A stretch of DNA of 64,000 nt, taken from positions 1-64,000 of IMG/VR virus record IMGVR_UViG_3300037088_000797. One strand, written 5' to 3'. Positions 8,939 through 18,788 of this stretch are shown here, in pieces. The stretch's first letter is position 1. Each line of letters starts with the position of its first letter. The translations under genes were made by a program, and so were the position numbers. Source of the DNA: a virus (taxonomy: Duplodnaviria; Heunggongvirae; Uroviricota; Caudoviricetes). The notes under the pieces were generated by a model. That model worked only from the letters and a program-made list of their open reading frames with translations. It was not told the DNA's origin and searched no databases.

Positions 8939-9415
8939 TCAATTTTTATTCCATGCAAATAAATGCGAAAACAATCCTTCAAAATTATCACCTTTTTCAC
9001 AAAATCTTTTACCAACGGTTTTGGTTTTATCGTCAACGTAATAAGCTATGAATTCTTCTTCCTCTGGTGAACTGAAAATCATTATTATAATATCGTTTTT
9101 ATCTTCAATATCAGACATGTCAATTTCACCCTTCATGATTTGATTAATAACTTCACTTTTAGGGTCAACCTGTGCACCAAATGCTTCAATAATTACGACT
9201 GATGCAAGAATTAATGGATTTTTACAAACATTTTTTATTGTTGCAGCAAGTGCCTGTTTGTTTTTAGGTTTCAAGAGATCACGTGGGATTGGAGTGATAA
9301 GAATTTTTTCGGTTGAAAATGTAATAAAGACTGGTGATAAATGACCGTCTCTTTTATAATTTAAAAGCATACTGTCATGAGTCATTTTTTTAAACCATTG
9401 AATCTTTTCGTTCAT
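8939..9415 (-). CDS. hypothetical protein
   Basis: 158 aa ORF. Confidence 0.45.
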   Translation of the reverse strand: MNEKIQWFKKMTHDSMLLNYKRDGHLSPVFITFSTEKILITPIPRDLLKPKNKQALAATIKNVCKNPLILASVVIIEAFGAQVDPKSEVINQIMKGEIDMSDIEDKNDIIIMIFSSPEEEEFIAYYVDDKTKTVGKRFCEKGDNFEGLFSHLFAWNKN

Positions 9416-9417
9416 AA

Positions 9418-9738
9418 TTAAAGTAATTCATCAGCAATTTTACCTAATTCTGTGCCAAACATTTCGGTAAGTTTTTTCTTATTTCTATTTTCAGCGAGTC
9501 TGAATAATTCAGAATGTGGAAGCACAAGTTCTTCAAGACTAAATCTTGGCGCATCAAGTTTTTTTTCATCGTACATCAGTTGATTTTCTGAAATTTGCAT
9601 ACATGAAAATGGTTTGCCAAGTTCACCAATTTCCAAGTCCTGATGGTTCAGAATTTTTGCTGAATATTGAAGACGTTCTGCATTCAAACGAATCCAGAGC
9701 AATCTTTCATTTTCATTTTTAAAGAAATTCTGTGCCAT
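9418..9738 (-). CDS. hypothetical protein
   Basis: 106 aa ORF. Confidence 0.45.
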   Translation of the reverse strand: MAQNFFKNENERLLWIRLNAERLQYSAKILNHQDLEIGELGKPFSCMQISENQLMYDEKKLDAPRFSLEELVLPHSELFRLAENRNKKKLTEMFGTELGKIADELL

Positions 9739-9739
9739 A

Positions 9740-9907
9740 TTATTGATCTTTAAGTTGCTTATTAATTTCAGTTTTAGCTTTTTGCCTTGCTGATTTTTTA
9801 CTTTTTATTTTATTAATCTCAGCTTCCCACCAATTAATCCATCCTTTTTGGGGATGGAAATCAGGTAGGTTAATTCGAAGTTTGTCTCTTAAGCCGTAGG
9901 CTTTCAT
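9740..9907 (-). CDS. small basic protein (55 aa)
   Basis: ATG 9905-9907 overlaps TGA of upstream gene (ATGA coupling); Lys-rich C-terminus. Confidence 0.35.
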   Translation of the reverse strand: MKAYGLRDKLRINLPDFHPQKGWINWWEAEINKIKSKKSARQKAKTEINKQLKDQ

Positions 9908-10125
9908 TTTGCAAGTTTTTTCATGCCAGCAAACTGAATAGGTTTCAACCCTTCAAATTTAATGGTGTATTCATACAGTTCTGGATGTTTCTTCTGTGCT
10001 TCTACAAGTTCGCTTGCAGCATAGCGTAGTCCTATCCAAATTGGTGAACCAAGAAGGTTCTTCTGAATTTCGTTATCCAATACTGGTGAATAAACTTTTA
10101 CTGATTCCATTGCTACTTTTTCCAT
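9904..10125 (-). CDS. hypothetical protein
   Basis: 73 aa ORF. Confidence 0.4.
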   Translation of the reverse strand: MEKVAMESVKVYSPVLDNEIQKNLLGSPIWIGLRYAASELVEAQKKHPELYEYTIKFEGLKPIQFAGMKKLAK

Positions 10126-10313
10126 ACTTATAATTTAAATTTAGACAAATATAATATACTTTTCTTTAAATACAAACAGATTATAAAAATTATGCGTACC
10201 ACTGAATATATTCTCCATCAATACCCATAACGATCTCACCACATCGGGTTACCATGCCTATTGCGTTCTCGGCTTCGTAATAAATATATCTTCCTACTCT
10301 GTAATACATAGTC

Positions 10314-10610
10314 TTATTCTTTCATCCAAGCTATAAATCTGTCCCATAGCGCATGTATCTTAGCACCTATAACTTCAGTTGGATTTAATACTTCGCTGGA
10401 TTTTACTTCAACCAATTGTCTTTCTCTTTTAAGATCAGCAGCAGTTATGTCTTTATTACCACTGTATCTTATTAGTAAAGTACCAATCAGTAATATGGCT
10501 GCAAAAATTGCAAGTTCTGTGTGTTTTAAAAATATTAATGAAATGAACATAATAAAACATATTAGGTTATTCATTACATACATTGCTGCGAGTTGTTGTT
10601 TCTTTTTCAT
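10314..10610 (-). CDS. membrane protein
   Basis: 98 aa, two TM-like segments; promoter-like motif 10635-10665 upstream. Confidence 0.45.
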   Translation of the reverse strand: MKKKQQLAAMYVMNNLICFIMFISLIFLKHTELAIFAAILLIGTLLIRYSGNKDITAADLKRERQLVEVKSSEVLNPTEVIGAKIHALWDRFIAWMKE

Positions 10611-10634
10611 AATAAAATTTTTAACTTATGTCTC

Positions 10635-10665
10635 TTATACGATGATGAATTAAAAAAGGTTACAA
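10635..10665 (-). promoter_or_regulatory. recurrent promoter-like motif
   Basis: ttatacg 10635-10641, ggttacaa 10658-10665. Confidence 0.5.
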
Positions 10666-10702
10666 AAAAAGGGAGAATTTCTTCTCCCTTCTCCAATTTT
10701 CA

Positions 10703-10882
10703 TTATCCCACTGGATGTCCTGTGGACATCGCCACAATCTGTGTTACCAAGTCAAAGAAACGACTGGTAATTATTGTCAGCATTCCGATAGTAAACATTC
10801 CCATGATTCCTATCGCTATTAAAGCCTCAATTGGTTCAACCAATTTCAACTTCTCCATGAGGATACTCCAGAGTTCTTTCAT
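10703..10882 (-). CDS. small membrane protein (59 aa), possible NfeD-like partner of SPFH protein
   Basis: MKELWSILMEKLKLVEPIEALIAIGIMGMFTIGMLTIITSRFFDL...; starts 3 nt after SPFH gene stop; just below ORF-track cutoff. Confidence 0.35.
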   Translation of the reverse strand: MKELWSILMEKLKLVEPIEALIAIGIMGMFTIGMLTIITSRFFDLVTQIVAMSTGHPVG

Positions 10883-10884
10883 GA

Positions 10885-12051
10885 CTATTTACCTGCTGCT
10901 AACCTGTCATTGATATCCATCAGGAATTTAATGCTGATAGCATCCATTGGATTTCCACCTTTACTATCACCGTTGATAAGTATCTGAGGATATTTAACAC
11001 CTGCCAATGCCTGTGCAACGCCAACTTTGGTTTTGTATTCCCATTCGATCTTTTCCTGTGGAGTAAGACCTGCAGCAACTTTTAAACGAGCAGCTTCAGC
11101 TTGTCCTTGACCGATAAAGATAGCAGCTTTCCTGTTTTCATCTTCCTGTTTTGCATTAAGGGCAGCAACTTCATACAATTTCTGTGCGGTAGTTACTTCC
11201 TGAACTTTTTCAACTTCCTTCTCATATTTAGCTTTGGCTACGTTTGCAAGTCCCTGCTGTTCTGCAGTTAAAGCATCCTGTTTAGCACGAATAGCTTCCT
11301 GTTTTGAAAGTTCGGTCTTCATTGCTTCGTCTTTACGTTTAGCAATCATTTCTTCTACTTTAGTATCAAACTGTGGCACATCAATAACACACTCAAGTAC
11401 TTCACAACCTAATTGCTGAAGTCTGTTTGGTGTTCTCAATGGCTGACCGTCAGCACCGTACACAAGTACTGTTACACGCTGCTCTTCGATATCACCTGTT
11501 GAAGTAGTTTTACTTACTTTATCTGATTTAGTTACATATATACCATTTCTTAACTGATCTTCAACTGCCTGTTGGAAGAGAGCCAAGGTGGTGTATGCAT
11601 CCTGCGCTGAACGTAAGTTAGCGGAAAGTTTAATGGCGTTATTTACAATAGGTACTATACCAGATGCTATGAAATGGTCGAAACCACCTGCATATTCTCT
11701 TTTAAGACTAATAGCACCTTCTTGTGTAGTCGGTAATTTAACCCTGATAAGACCAGAGATTTTGGCTTTCGAACCATCATTAAAAATAACGTCAACAGCA
11801 TCAATGTCAGCACTACCATCACCTTTATGGCTACCAATGCCACAGGTTGTTACGTTTTTGTACTCAGTAATAGTACCGAACCATTGAAAGTAAGTACCAG
11901 CAGTTTGCCTAACAGACATATTACCAGTTATGGCAGCTTGTTTAACTTGAAACCAGCCAGCATCATTAGTTTCTAAAATTCCTCTCATTGCCACTAAAAG
12001 GGCAATAGCGAGAACCACGAACACAATTGCAAAGATTTTTTTGTTTTTCAT
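10885..12051 (-). CDS. SPFH/band-7 (stomatin/prohibitin/HflKC-like) domain membrane protein
   Basis: N-terminal TM helix, band-7-like core, long Ala/Glu/Lys-rich coiled-coil (AEAARLKVAAG, QEAIRAKQDALTAEQQ) typical of SPFH family. Confidence 0.7.
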   Translation of the reverse strand: MKNKKIFAIVFVVLAIALLVAMRGILETNDAGWFQVKQAAITGNMSVRQTAGTYFQWFGTITEYKNVTTCGIGSHKGDGSADIDAVDVIFNDGSKAKISGLIRVKLPTTQEGAISLKREYAGGFDHFIASGIVPIVNNAIKLSANLRSAQDAYTTLALFQQAVEDQLRNGIYVTKSDKVSKTTSTGDIEEQRVTVLVYGADGQPLRTPNRLQQLGCEVLECVIDVPQFDTKVEEMIAKRKDEAMKTELSKQEAIRAKQDALTAEQQGLANVAKAKYEKEVEKVQEVTTAQKLYEVAALNAKQEDENRKAAIFIGQGQAEAARLKVAAGLTPQEKIEWEYKTKVGVAQALAGVKYPQILINGDSKGGNPMDAISIKFLMDINDRLAAGK

Positions 12052-12107
12052 TTGTTAAAAATTAAAGATTAATAAAAATTAGATAATAAAAATTGATTGT
12101 TAAATAA

Positions 12108-12272
12108 TTATACGGTTACGTCTCTTTTTACCCAATAGTAAAAAGGAATGAGAGCAAGTAGTACACTAATTTCAGCTTTCTTAAAAATCGGAATGCCTAA
12201 TAAATGTAGAACCACAGTTACATAATAAATAAAAATTATTACGATAAAAGATTCAATAAAAAAAGTAATCAT
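12108..12272 (-). CDS. small membrane protein (54 aa)
   Basis: hydrophobic ORF filling gap; low confidence. Confidence 0.25.
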   Translation of the reverse strand: MITFFIESFIVIIFIYYVTVVLHLLGIPIFKKAEISVLLALIPFYYWVKRDVTV

Positions 12273-12302
12273 TTTTTTGGGTTTTAAATTATATAAATTG
12301 AA

Positions 12303-13088
12303 TTATTTGCCGTACTGTAGACTTACCTTGTCCCTGCTACCATGATTGTAGATTTTCTCCATCAACTGAACATACTGAGTAACAGAAGCACATTTAACCA
12401 ATGCATTTGGTTGTTTCTCCAATTTCTGAAGCATTACTTCATGTTTGTAAATAGATTTCTTGAACAATGGAATCAGTGTTCTTACGAATGAGCCACTGTT
12501 ATAAAATTTGAAGTATGGCTGATATTCTTTTATTTTTGCAGCATTTTCGTATGCTAATTTTAAATCAGCAACTTTAAACTGCCCATCCTGAAAGTAATGG
12601 ATTCTTTCGCTGTCATTTTTCGGTCCTTTCTGAAGTCTCTTTCTGTTGTTGACACCTGCAATGTTGTTTGACATAATTGCTTCGGCAACACCTACTGAAA
12701 ATTCAGGATAATTTCTCATGAATTCATAAAGCTGTAGGTATGACTTTACACCTAATTCTTTATATGATTCAAGAAACGCTGATTTTCCCCATATTTTATC
12801 AACGGTATTGTAACGTTGACAATCCTTTAGTCGTAATCCGGGGATGATGGTGTAATTAACCTCAAGTCCCAATCTCTTACAGGCTTCAATCCTGTGCTGT
12901 CCGTCAATAACTTCGAAAAATTCATTCAAAGTTATTAATGTGAATAGATACTGTTTCTTAAAAGACTTCATTAATCTTACAACATGGGGTTCGTTGACAG
13001 GTCTGTTACCTGCAATCCTTTTAAACATGTCATAATTTTTGGTTGTAAAAACCGATGTTTCACTTTTTAATGTACTCATTGTTTTCAA
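12303..13088 (-). CDS. ParB-like nuclease domain protein
   Basis: FEVIDGQHRIEACKRLG matches ParB/Srx DGxHR core. Confidence 0.55.
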   Translation of the reverse strand: MKTMSTLKSETSVFTTKNYDMFKRIAGNRPVNEPHVVRLMKSFKKQYLFTLITLNEFFEVIDGQHRIEACKRLGLEVNYTIIPGLRLKDCQRYNTVDKIWGKSAFLESYKELGVKSYLQLYEFMRNYPEFSVGVAEAIMSNNIAGVNNRKRLQKGPKNDSERIHYFQDGQFKVADLKLAYENAAKIKEYQPYFKFYNSGSFVRTLIPLFKKSIYKHEVMLQKLEKQPNALVKCASVTQYVQLMEKIYNHGSRDKVSLQYGK

Positions 13089-13124
13089 AATTTAAAGTTA
13101 ACGTTTATCTATAGTTCAGTTCGA

Positions 13125-13154
13125 TTATACGAAAGAAAATTAAAAATGTTACAA
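13125..13154 (-). promoter_or_regulatory. recurrent promoter-like motif (variant TTGTAACA)
   Basis: ttatacg 13125-13131, tgttacaa 13147-13154. Confidence 0.45.
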
Positions 13155-13160
13155 AAAACA

Positions 13161-13685
13161 TCAATTATTTTCAAAATATTTTGTTTCAAGGTTATTATTA
13201 AGGTATCCAGTGATGTCAATATCAATGTCACAATCATATCCACCTTCAAGATCATAAGACACGTCATATGTTATTTCAACTATTAAGTAATTAACTTTTG
13301 GAAACACACCTTTAGATAATTCATCTTCAGATTGTGGGACAAAGTTAGATAATATTTTGACAAAATCAAGTTTTTTGAATAAATCTTCTATACCTGCATT
13401 ACTTATTTCTTCTTCTAATTGATTATCAAGGGTGTGCAGGTTAAACATGAGATAAGTTGTATTATCATGTTCTCTGAAATTACCTGCAAATTGAAGAAAA
13501 CAATCAGCATTCATTGGCTGATTATGCTGTCCTTTATTAGTATTGACAGTATAGAAAGGAAGATATGCAAACACGTCTCTACGATGTTGCTGTGCTTCTC
13601 TCAGTTTATTAATGTATTCGTCAGACACATTATATAACTCTACTGCCAAAAGGCATTTTTCTTTACTATGACCTGTTCCTAACAT
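13161..13685 (-). CDS. hypothetical protein
   Basis: 174 aa ORF. Confidence 0.45.
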   Translation of the reverse strand: MLGTGHSKEKCLLAVELYNVSDEYINKLREAQQHRRDVFAYLPFYTVNTNKGQHNQPMNADCFLQFAGNFREHDNTTYLMFNLHTLDNQLEEEISNAGIEDLFKKLDFVKILSNFVPQSEDELSKGVFPKVNYLIVEITYDVSYDLEGGYDCDIDIDITGYLNNNLETKYFENN

Positions 13686-13686
13686 A

Positions 13687-14067
13687 TTATTTATCTCCTA
13701 ATATCATTGCACCTTTTTGAACTGTAACCCATGCTTTGACCCAAAGCAAATTAATACCAAGCATGTGCTCATACACCAGATTATTATTCCACTCTTTAGG
13801 TTTGTGGAAATTTCTGCTACCAACTACCTGATAACGTTTATACCAGAAGCCAAGTTCCCATTCACGCCACTCGTACATAGAATCCCATAAAGTGTCCATC
13901 TGTTCTTCAGTCAAATCTTCTGTAAATTCTCCGTTGTCATCCATTTCAGGCAATTTGACTTCTTTTTTCTTCTCAAACCTATGACGAAGAACAAATGTGA
14001 AGTTATACCCGAATAATTTTATATGTCCTATTTTTGCTGCCATGTTAGTAAAATAATTTATATGCAC
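13687..14067 (-). CDS. hypothetical protein
   Basis: 126 aa ORF. Confidence 0.45.
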   Translation of the reverse strand: MHINYFTNMAAKIGHIKLFGYNFTFVLRHRFEKKKEVKLPEMDDNGEFTEDLTEEQMDTLWDSMYEWREWELGFWYKRYQVVGSRNFHKPKEWNNNLVYEHMLGINLLWVKAWVTVQKGAMILGDK

Positions 14068-14464
14068 CCCACATTAATAACAAATGCATGGTGTTATCTG
14101 TTAATGTATAAACAATTGATGTAAAACCACCTTCAAGTAAATCGTAACGATTGATAGGTATTTTATCTACATAATGAACATCATCTTTCTTCACAAAGTC
14201 TTTCATTCCTTTACCTTTAATATAATGCATATACTTCTCAGCCAATGCAAATTTATCAATTGGAAAATGTGAAAGCCACACTATACATATCCACATCAAA
14301 TCAAATTTCCACATAAATAAACATACAGCAAATGTATAAAGTAGACAATGAATTATCGCTGCAAGCCAACCTGTCCAAGTGTTTTTGGATTTGTTTAAAG
14401 CTAAAAACTCGTTTTGAAGTAAATAATCTCCTGTTAAATGCCCTAATAATAATTCAAACCACAT
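14045..14464 (-). CDS. membrane protein
   Basis: 139 aa, multiple hydrophobic segments. Confidence 0.45.
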   Translation of the reverse strand: MWFELLLGHLTGDYLLQNEFLALNKSKNTWTGWLAAIIHCLLYTFAVCLFMWKFDLMWICIVWLSHFPIDKFALAEKYMHYIKGKGMKDFVKKDDVHYVDKIPINRYDLLEGGFTSIVYTLTDNTMHLLLMWGAYKLFY

Positions 14465-14474
14465 ATTAAATATT

Positions 14475-15206
14475 TTAATTGTTAATATTTTTTTTCCAGT
14501 TAAAATATGACTTTACACCACCGCAATGTAATTTGCTCATACCTTTCATTTTTAAATTATGTTCATCACAAAAATTTGTAAGATTAGTTATATTTTTATA
14601 TAAAATACCATCTGGACTAATAAATGAATATGAATGAGAATAATCTTTCACCCATCCCTTATAGTAATAAATTTTATTATTCAATAATAAACTAATTGAT
14701 ACATTATCTAATTTGTTTTCTCTACAAAATTGTCTAATATTGGTAAAAGTAACATGTTTATTTTCTGGTGTTATTAATTCATATGTTTTATTTGCTTTTT
14801 CTCCCCATGTCTTAGACATTTGTTCTCTAACTGCAAGCGGTATTGTTTTACCTAAATGACTTTTGGACATTTGATTTATTGTTTTGGTAGTAAATTGACG
14901 ACCACTACAATTACCTGCAATCCAACACATATTATAATTTAAATTTGTGGGATAATTAGCTTTTCTATTATCTAAGTATTTTTGTTCTTCAATTAATATT
15001 TGATTATCATCAACATTTTTTAAAATACGAAATTCAAATTCATTTTTTCCATATTTATTATATGCTCTTTGAAGATATAAACTATGATGAATATTAGCTT
15101 TTAAATCCGTTTTATGTCTTATCCAACGAGATTTACCATTACCAACAGCACTCCCAATATATGTTGCATTATTAATTTTATTAACTATTGAATAAATAAC
15201 TCCCAT
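14475..15206 (-). CDS. GIY-YIG homing endonuclease
   Basis: N-terminus GVIYSIVNKINNATYIGSA = GIY...YIG motif. Confidence 0.7.
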   Translation of the reverse strand: MGVIYSIVNKINNATYIGSAVGNGKSRWIRHKTDLKANIHHSLYLQRAYNKYGKNEFEFRILKNVDDNQILIEEQKYLDNRKANYPTNLNYNMCWIAGNCSGRQFTTKTINQMSKSHLGKTIPLAVREQMSKTWGEKANKTYELITPENKHVTFTNIRQFCRENKLDNVSISLLLNNKIYYYKGWVKDYSHSYSFISPDGILYKNITNLTNFCDEHNLKMKGMSKLHCGGVKSYFNWKKNINN

Positions 15207-15241
15207 GCGATATCAATTTGTTATAAATACTCGCCAATACA

Positions 15242-15622
15242 TCATTTGCACATTTCTTTAAGTTCTTCCCATGTAGGCTTCGTGCCTTCTGGTACAAAAA
15301 ATTCAATACCTTCTTGTGGGTCTCTAACACGACCATAGTATAATATATGTTTCTTTTCTTGTTCGTTATAAACTAAGTACGCACTGTCATATGGTGCACC
15401 ATCCATTACAAAATGATCAACGGTAGATGAATGAGTAAAATATTCTTCTTTACCAGATAACTCCGTGATTTGAAATTTACGCAAATCCCACCAGTCCTTT
15501 ACAAAATTTCCAGTGTTGAAGAATTTCTTTTGTTCTGGTTTACCATAATGTATTTCAACAGATTTGTAACCAAGATTTTCCTTGTCACTGCCTTCATCGT
15601 AATTAATGGTTGTAAATGCCAT
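15242..15622 (-). CDS. hypothetical protein
   Basis: 126 aa; promoter-like motif 15640-15670 upstream. Confidence 0.45.
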   Translation of the reverse strand: MAFTTINYDEGSDKENLGYKSVEIHYGKPEQKKFFNTGNFVKDWWDLRKFQITELSGKEEYFTHSSTVDHFVMDGAPYDSAYLVYNEQEKKHILYYGRVRDPQEGIEFFVPEGTKPTWEELKEMCK

Positions 15623-15639
15623 AGGTTTATTTTTGTTCG

Positions 15640-15670
15640 TTATACGATATCCTTAATTAAAAGGTTACAA
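15640..15670 (-). promoter_or_regulatory. recurrent promoter-like motif
   Basis: ttatacg 15640-15646, ggttacaa 15663-15670. Confidence 0.5.
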
Positions 15671-15676
15671 AAATTA

Positions 15677-16204
15677 CTAACTATTTTTATGAAATTCAAT
15701 TGCACCATCAAGATTTGCCATAAGTATATCATGATCAACCCCAGAAAACTGATCAATATGATTCAATTTTATAACCACACCCTTCTTGGTGCTCTTTATA
15801 ATTGATCTTACATTATTGTAGTCATCATAGTCAGTCTGGTATACACCCATTTCAATTGTCATAAGATTTTCAGGCACACCAATTTCAAGAGTATGATTAC
15901 CTTTCTTTTTCTTTCTTGGTACTAAAACAGTGTACTTTGGATTAACAACGTCTTTATCCACGTCATAAGTAAAAGTATGATCAAATACAAAACGCACTTT
16001 ATTTATAGGTATCTCATTACGTGTAAATAAGTCTTTAGCATTTTTGATTTGTTTCTTTTCTACTTCAGTTAATTCTTCACCATTAATAATAACGGTATCG
16101 AAGTTCGGTGGTGTCTGAACTTCAACAATCTTGAAGAATGGAAATTTATGAATTAATTGTAACATATTTCTTAAGTAAGTAGTCCAGCAAACCAATAATA
16201 GCAA
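15677..16204 (-). CDS. hypothetical protein
   Basis: 175 aa ORF. Confidence 0.45.
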   Translation of the reverse strand: MLLLVCWTTYLRNMLQLIHKFPFFKIVEVQTPPNFDTVIINGEELTEVEKKQIKNAKDLFTRNEIPINKVRFVFDHTFTYDVDKDVVNPKYTVLVPRKKKKGNHTLEIGVPENLMTIEMGVYQTDYDDYNNVRSIIKSTKKGVVIKLNHIDQFSGVDHDILMANLDGAIEFHKNS

Positions 16205-16719
16205 TCCTGACTTTTATCACCAGTGTTGTTATCACAAAAATAAAATGCCATATATAAATTCAGCACTTCTGCAAAGATCAATGCATCAATCAGTTTCTCA
16301 GCACGTCTTTTAGCTGCACCCCAATCACCATCCCTGTCACCTTTTGACCAAGCATTATATGCGTCATCATGATGTTCAATGATTTCTAACACGTCTTTAT
16401 CTGTGATAAAATCTTCCGCAAATCTGCGTGCAATTGTGCCATGATGATTTTCGCCATGCTTTGGCTTTGTTCTGTCAACCTTATGTTTAAAGGTATCATG
16501 CAGTATTGCAATTTGACGTAGTTTTTCTCTTTCTTCGTCAGTTTCTGCATGTTTATCAACGTTCGCCAATACTTCTTTAATGTGATAAATAACCTGACCT
16601 TCGGGATGCCCCCTACGAGCTTTGCCGTAAAGAGCACCCTCTTCGAAGTCAGGACATCCAGCGATATTTCTCTCAACCTGATTTTCAGGTTTGATTATAT
16701 CTTCTATTAGTTTATTCAT
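16171..16719 (-). CDS. HD-domain phosphohydrolase (candidate RNA 3'-end healing phosphoesterase)
   Basis: RGHPEG...ILHDTFKH...HHD metal-binding His/Asp pattern of HD superfamily; 4-nt overlap with upstream Pnk-like kinase gene. Confidence 0.6.
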   Translation of the reverse strand: MNKLIEDIIKPENQVERNIAGCPDFEEGALYGKARRGHPEGQVIYHIKEVLANVDKHAETDEEREKLRQIAILHDTFKHKVDRTKPKHGENHHGTIARRFAEDFITDKDVLEIIEHHDDAYNAWSKGDRDGDWGAAKRRAEKLIDALIFAEVLNLYMAFYFCDNNTGDKSQDCYYWFAGLLT

Positions 16720-17105
16720 AATTGTATATTAAATTTTTTTCTCATGTTTTCTATTGTTTCGTCAGTAACGCCATGAGAGTTAACGCCACCGTGACGGTTT
16801 TCAACGATTACACTGAAAACTTTATATCCGTATACTTCAGCCAATTCATAGTAACGCTTCATGTCTCGTGTGTGCACAGATGTGTTTGCCACCACGATTT
16901 TATCAGCACCAACTTTCATATATCTCTCACACTTACGCTCACACCAGTTATGTGCTGCATAAAGTTTCCATGCTGCCCAATCATATACTCCGTCAACCAT
17001 CATATAATCATCAGCACAGCATATAGCTTTAGTGTTAAGCAGTTCTGCAAATGAGTTTTTACCTGCTCCCGGTAACCCCCTAACTATTATAAGCACATTT
17101 TTCAT
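16716..17105 (-). CDS. polynucleotide kinase-like P-loop kinase
   Basis: Walker A GLPGAGKN; CCADDY and IVVANT..RDMKRYYELAEVYGYKV resemble T4 Pnk kinase-domain motifs (RDDY, ISDTNL, FAKEYGWKV). Confidence 0.6.
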   Translation of the reverse strand: MKNVLIIVRGLPGAGKNSFAELLNTKAICCADDYMMVDGVYDWAAWKLYAAHNWCERKCERYMKVGADKIVVANTSVHTRDMKRYYELAEVYGYKVFSVIVENRHGGVNSHGVTDETIENMRKKFNIQL

Positions 17106-17112
17106 AATACAA

Positions 17113-17142
17113 TTATACGAATATTTTTCGAATTGGTTACAA
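17113..17142 (-). promoter_or_regulatory. recurrent promoter-like motif
   Basis: ttatacg 17113-17119, ggttacaa 17135-17142; upstream of Pnk-like kinase/HD pair. Confidence 0.5.
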
Positions 17143-17144
17143 AA

Positions 17145-17981
17145 TTAATTTAATTTTACAATATTTTTTGCAATTAATTCATTTAATTGATATTGTGGAA
17201 CAATTCCAAAATCTAACACTTTAAATTTAAGTTCATTTTCTTTACAATATTCAATAACGGATGCAAATTTCAATAAATTTAGTGGCGTATTATGTAATTT
17301 TTTTGGTTTGACTTCTATCAAGTATTTGTTATCAACAATAAAATCTGGTGAATAAGTTCTTTCATTACCAGTATAACTTAAATATTTAATTCTTATTTTT
17401 TCTGCCGATATAATTTTTAATTTAAAACGTTCACAGATCAATATAAATTTTAATTCGTGTAGGCTTCTGAAAAAGAAACTATTATACCATCCGCTAATAC
17501 CATTACCCGATTTTTGGGGTGGTTCTTTTCCATACATGGGATTATTTTTACCTTTACTTTTTGATGACCATTTTTTTCTACGATTACTATCTCGTTTATT
17601 TGCCTCTTCAATTCCATATTTTTCAACCCAAATATCAAACACTGTTTTTCCGTACATTGAATTATTTTCACCTGATGAAATTATTCTCATTTTATCTCTG
17701 AATTCAGGTGTTTTGTATGAATCAGAATTATTTAAATGTGATTGAGATATCAAATTTTTACTTTCTATGCTATGTACATGATTTTGAAATCCATTCTTTC
17801 TTTCACCAGATTTTACTTCCGCATTTATAATGTCAATAGTACTACCATAGTTTTTATATCTTATTTTACTGGAACATGACCTGCATGGTCTTTTATTATG
17901 ATCACATTGATTTCTACTATATTTTGTTTTATGTGTTATTATTTCATTACATTCAGGACATTTTCTTGTGTATTCTTCCAT
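17145..17981 (-). CDS. zinc-finger protein, possible endonuclease
   Basis: CPECNE...CRSC zinc ribbon at N-terminus; C-terminal ERTYSPDFIVDNKYLIEVKPKK resembles PD-(D/E)xK-type motif. Confidence 0.35.
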   Translation of the reverse strand: MEEYTRKCPECNEIITHKTKYSRNQCDHNKRPCRSCSSKIRYKNYGSTIDIINAEVKSGERKNGFQNHVHSIESKNLISQSHLNNSDSYKTPEFRDKMRIISSGENNSMYGKTVFDIWVEKYGIEEANKRDSNRRKKWSSKSKGKNNPMYGKEPPQKSGNGISGWYNSFFFRSLHELKFILICERFKLKIISAEKIRIKYLSYTGNERTYSPDFIVDNKYLIEVKPKKLHNTPLNLLKFASVIEYCKENELKFKVLDFGIVPQYQLNELIAKNIVKLN

Positions 17982-18035
17982 AGCATTACTTTTTAATAAA
18001 TACTATGGAAGAACCAAGAAGACCTCTGACAATAA

Positions 18036-18218
18036 TTAATTATTGTTTGATCTTTTACTTTCAGTAACTTCAACTTCTTTTCCGAGTTTAATATCGGTTG
18101 TTTCAATTACATTTGATGTAACTTTAATGTCAACCGTTTCGTTGGCATCATTTCGTTGCTCTGATTTTTGAATGGCAACTTCTTCTTTTTGATCATTTAA
18201 TTTTAATGAATCTGACAT
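18036..18218 (-). CDS. hypothetical protein
   Basis: 60 aa ORF. Confidence 0.3.
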   Translation of the reverse strand: MSDSLKLNDQKEEVAIQKSEQRNDANETVDIKVTSNVIETTDIKLGKEVEVTESKRSNNN

Positions 18219-18222
18219 GGTT

Positions 18223-18717
18223 TTAATTTAAAAATATAATTATTATTATTAAAATTGCTTTCAATGTGAGAAATGATTTGAAAGCACATTTCAATGAGTT
18301 TAAATCACTGTTTCTTTTGTTATTAATATTATGATTGTTAGTGATACATTTTTCAAGTCCATCTAATTCTGCATTCATTAATCCTTCTAACGTATCTTTC
18401 GAATTACAGTATCCTCTATAGGCTTTAATATCCACAATGATTTTATAACTACCATCATAAATATAAACTTTAAAGAATAAATATGTGATATAAATAATCC
18501 CAAGAAACTCATATATAAAAAAAAGAAGATAAGATGGTAACGTTATATATTTGTAGTAAACATCAATTGATTTACAAAATAATAAAATCATACCTGTAAC
18601 AAGAGCAATCCACATATATGAAAAATTATGAAGTTTAGATTCTAATTGAATAACTTCTTTTTCTTGTTCGCTTATCATGTTTCTGGCAATTTCTACAGTA
18701 TGTTTCAATTTTTCCAT
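18223..18717 (-). CDS. membrane protein
   Basis: 164 aa, several TM-like segments; promoter-like motif 18759-18788 upstream. Confidence 0.45.
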   Translation of the reverse strand: MEKLKHTVEIARNMISEQEKEVIQLESKLHNFSYMWIALVTGMILLFCKSIDVYYKYITLPSYLLFFIYEFLGIIYITYLFFKVYIYDGSYKIIVDIKAYRGYCNSKDTLEGLMNAELDGLEKCITNNHNINNKRNSDLNSLKCAFKSFLTLKAILIIIIIFLN

Positions 18718-18758
18718 TTTAAAATATTTTTATGATTAATACTTTCTTCATCATGCAA

Positions 18759-18788
18759 TTATACGAAATTAAATTGGATTAGTTACAA
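18759..18788 (-). promoter_or_regulatory. recurrent promoter-like motif (variant)
   Basis: ttatacg 18759-18765, agttacaa 18781-18788. Confidence 0.45.
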
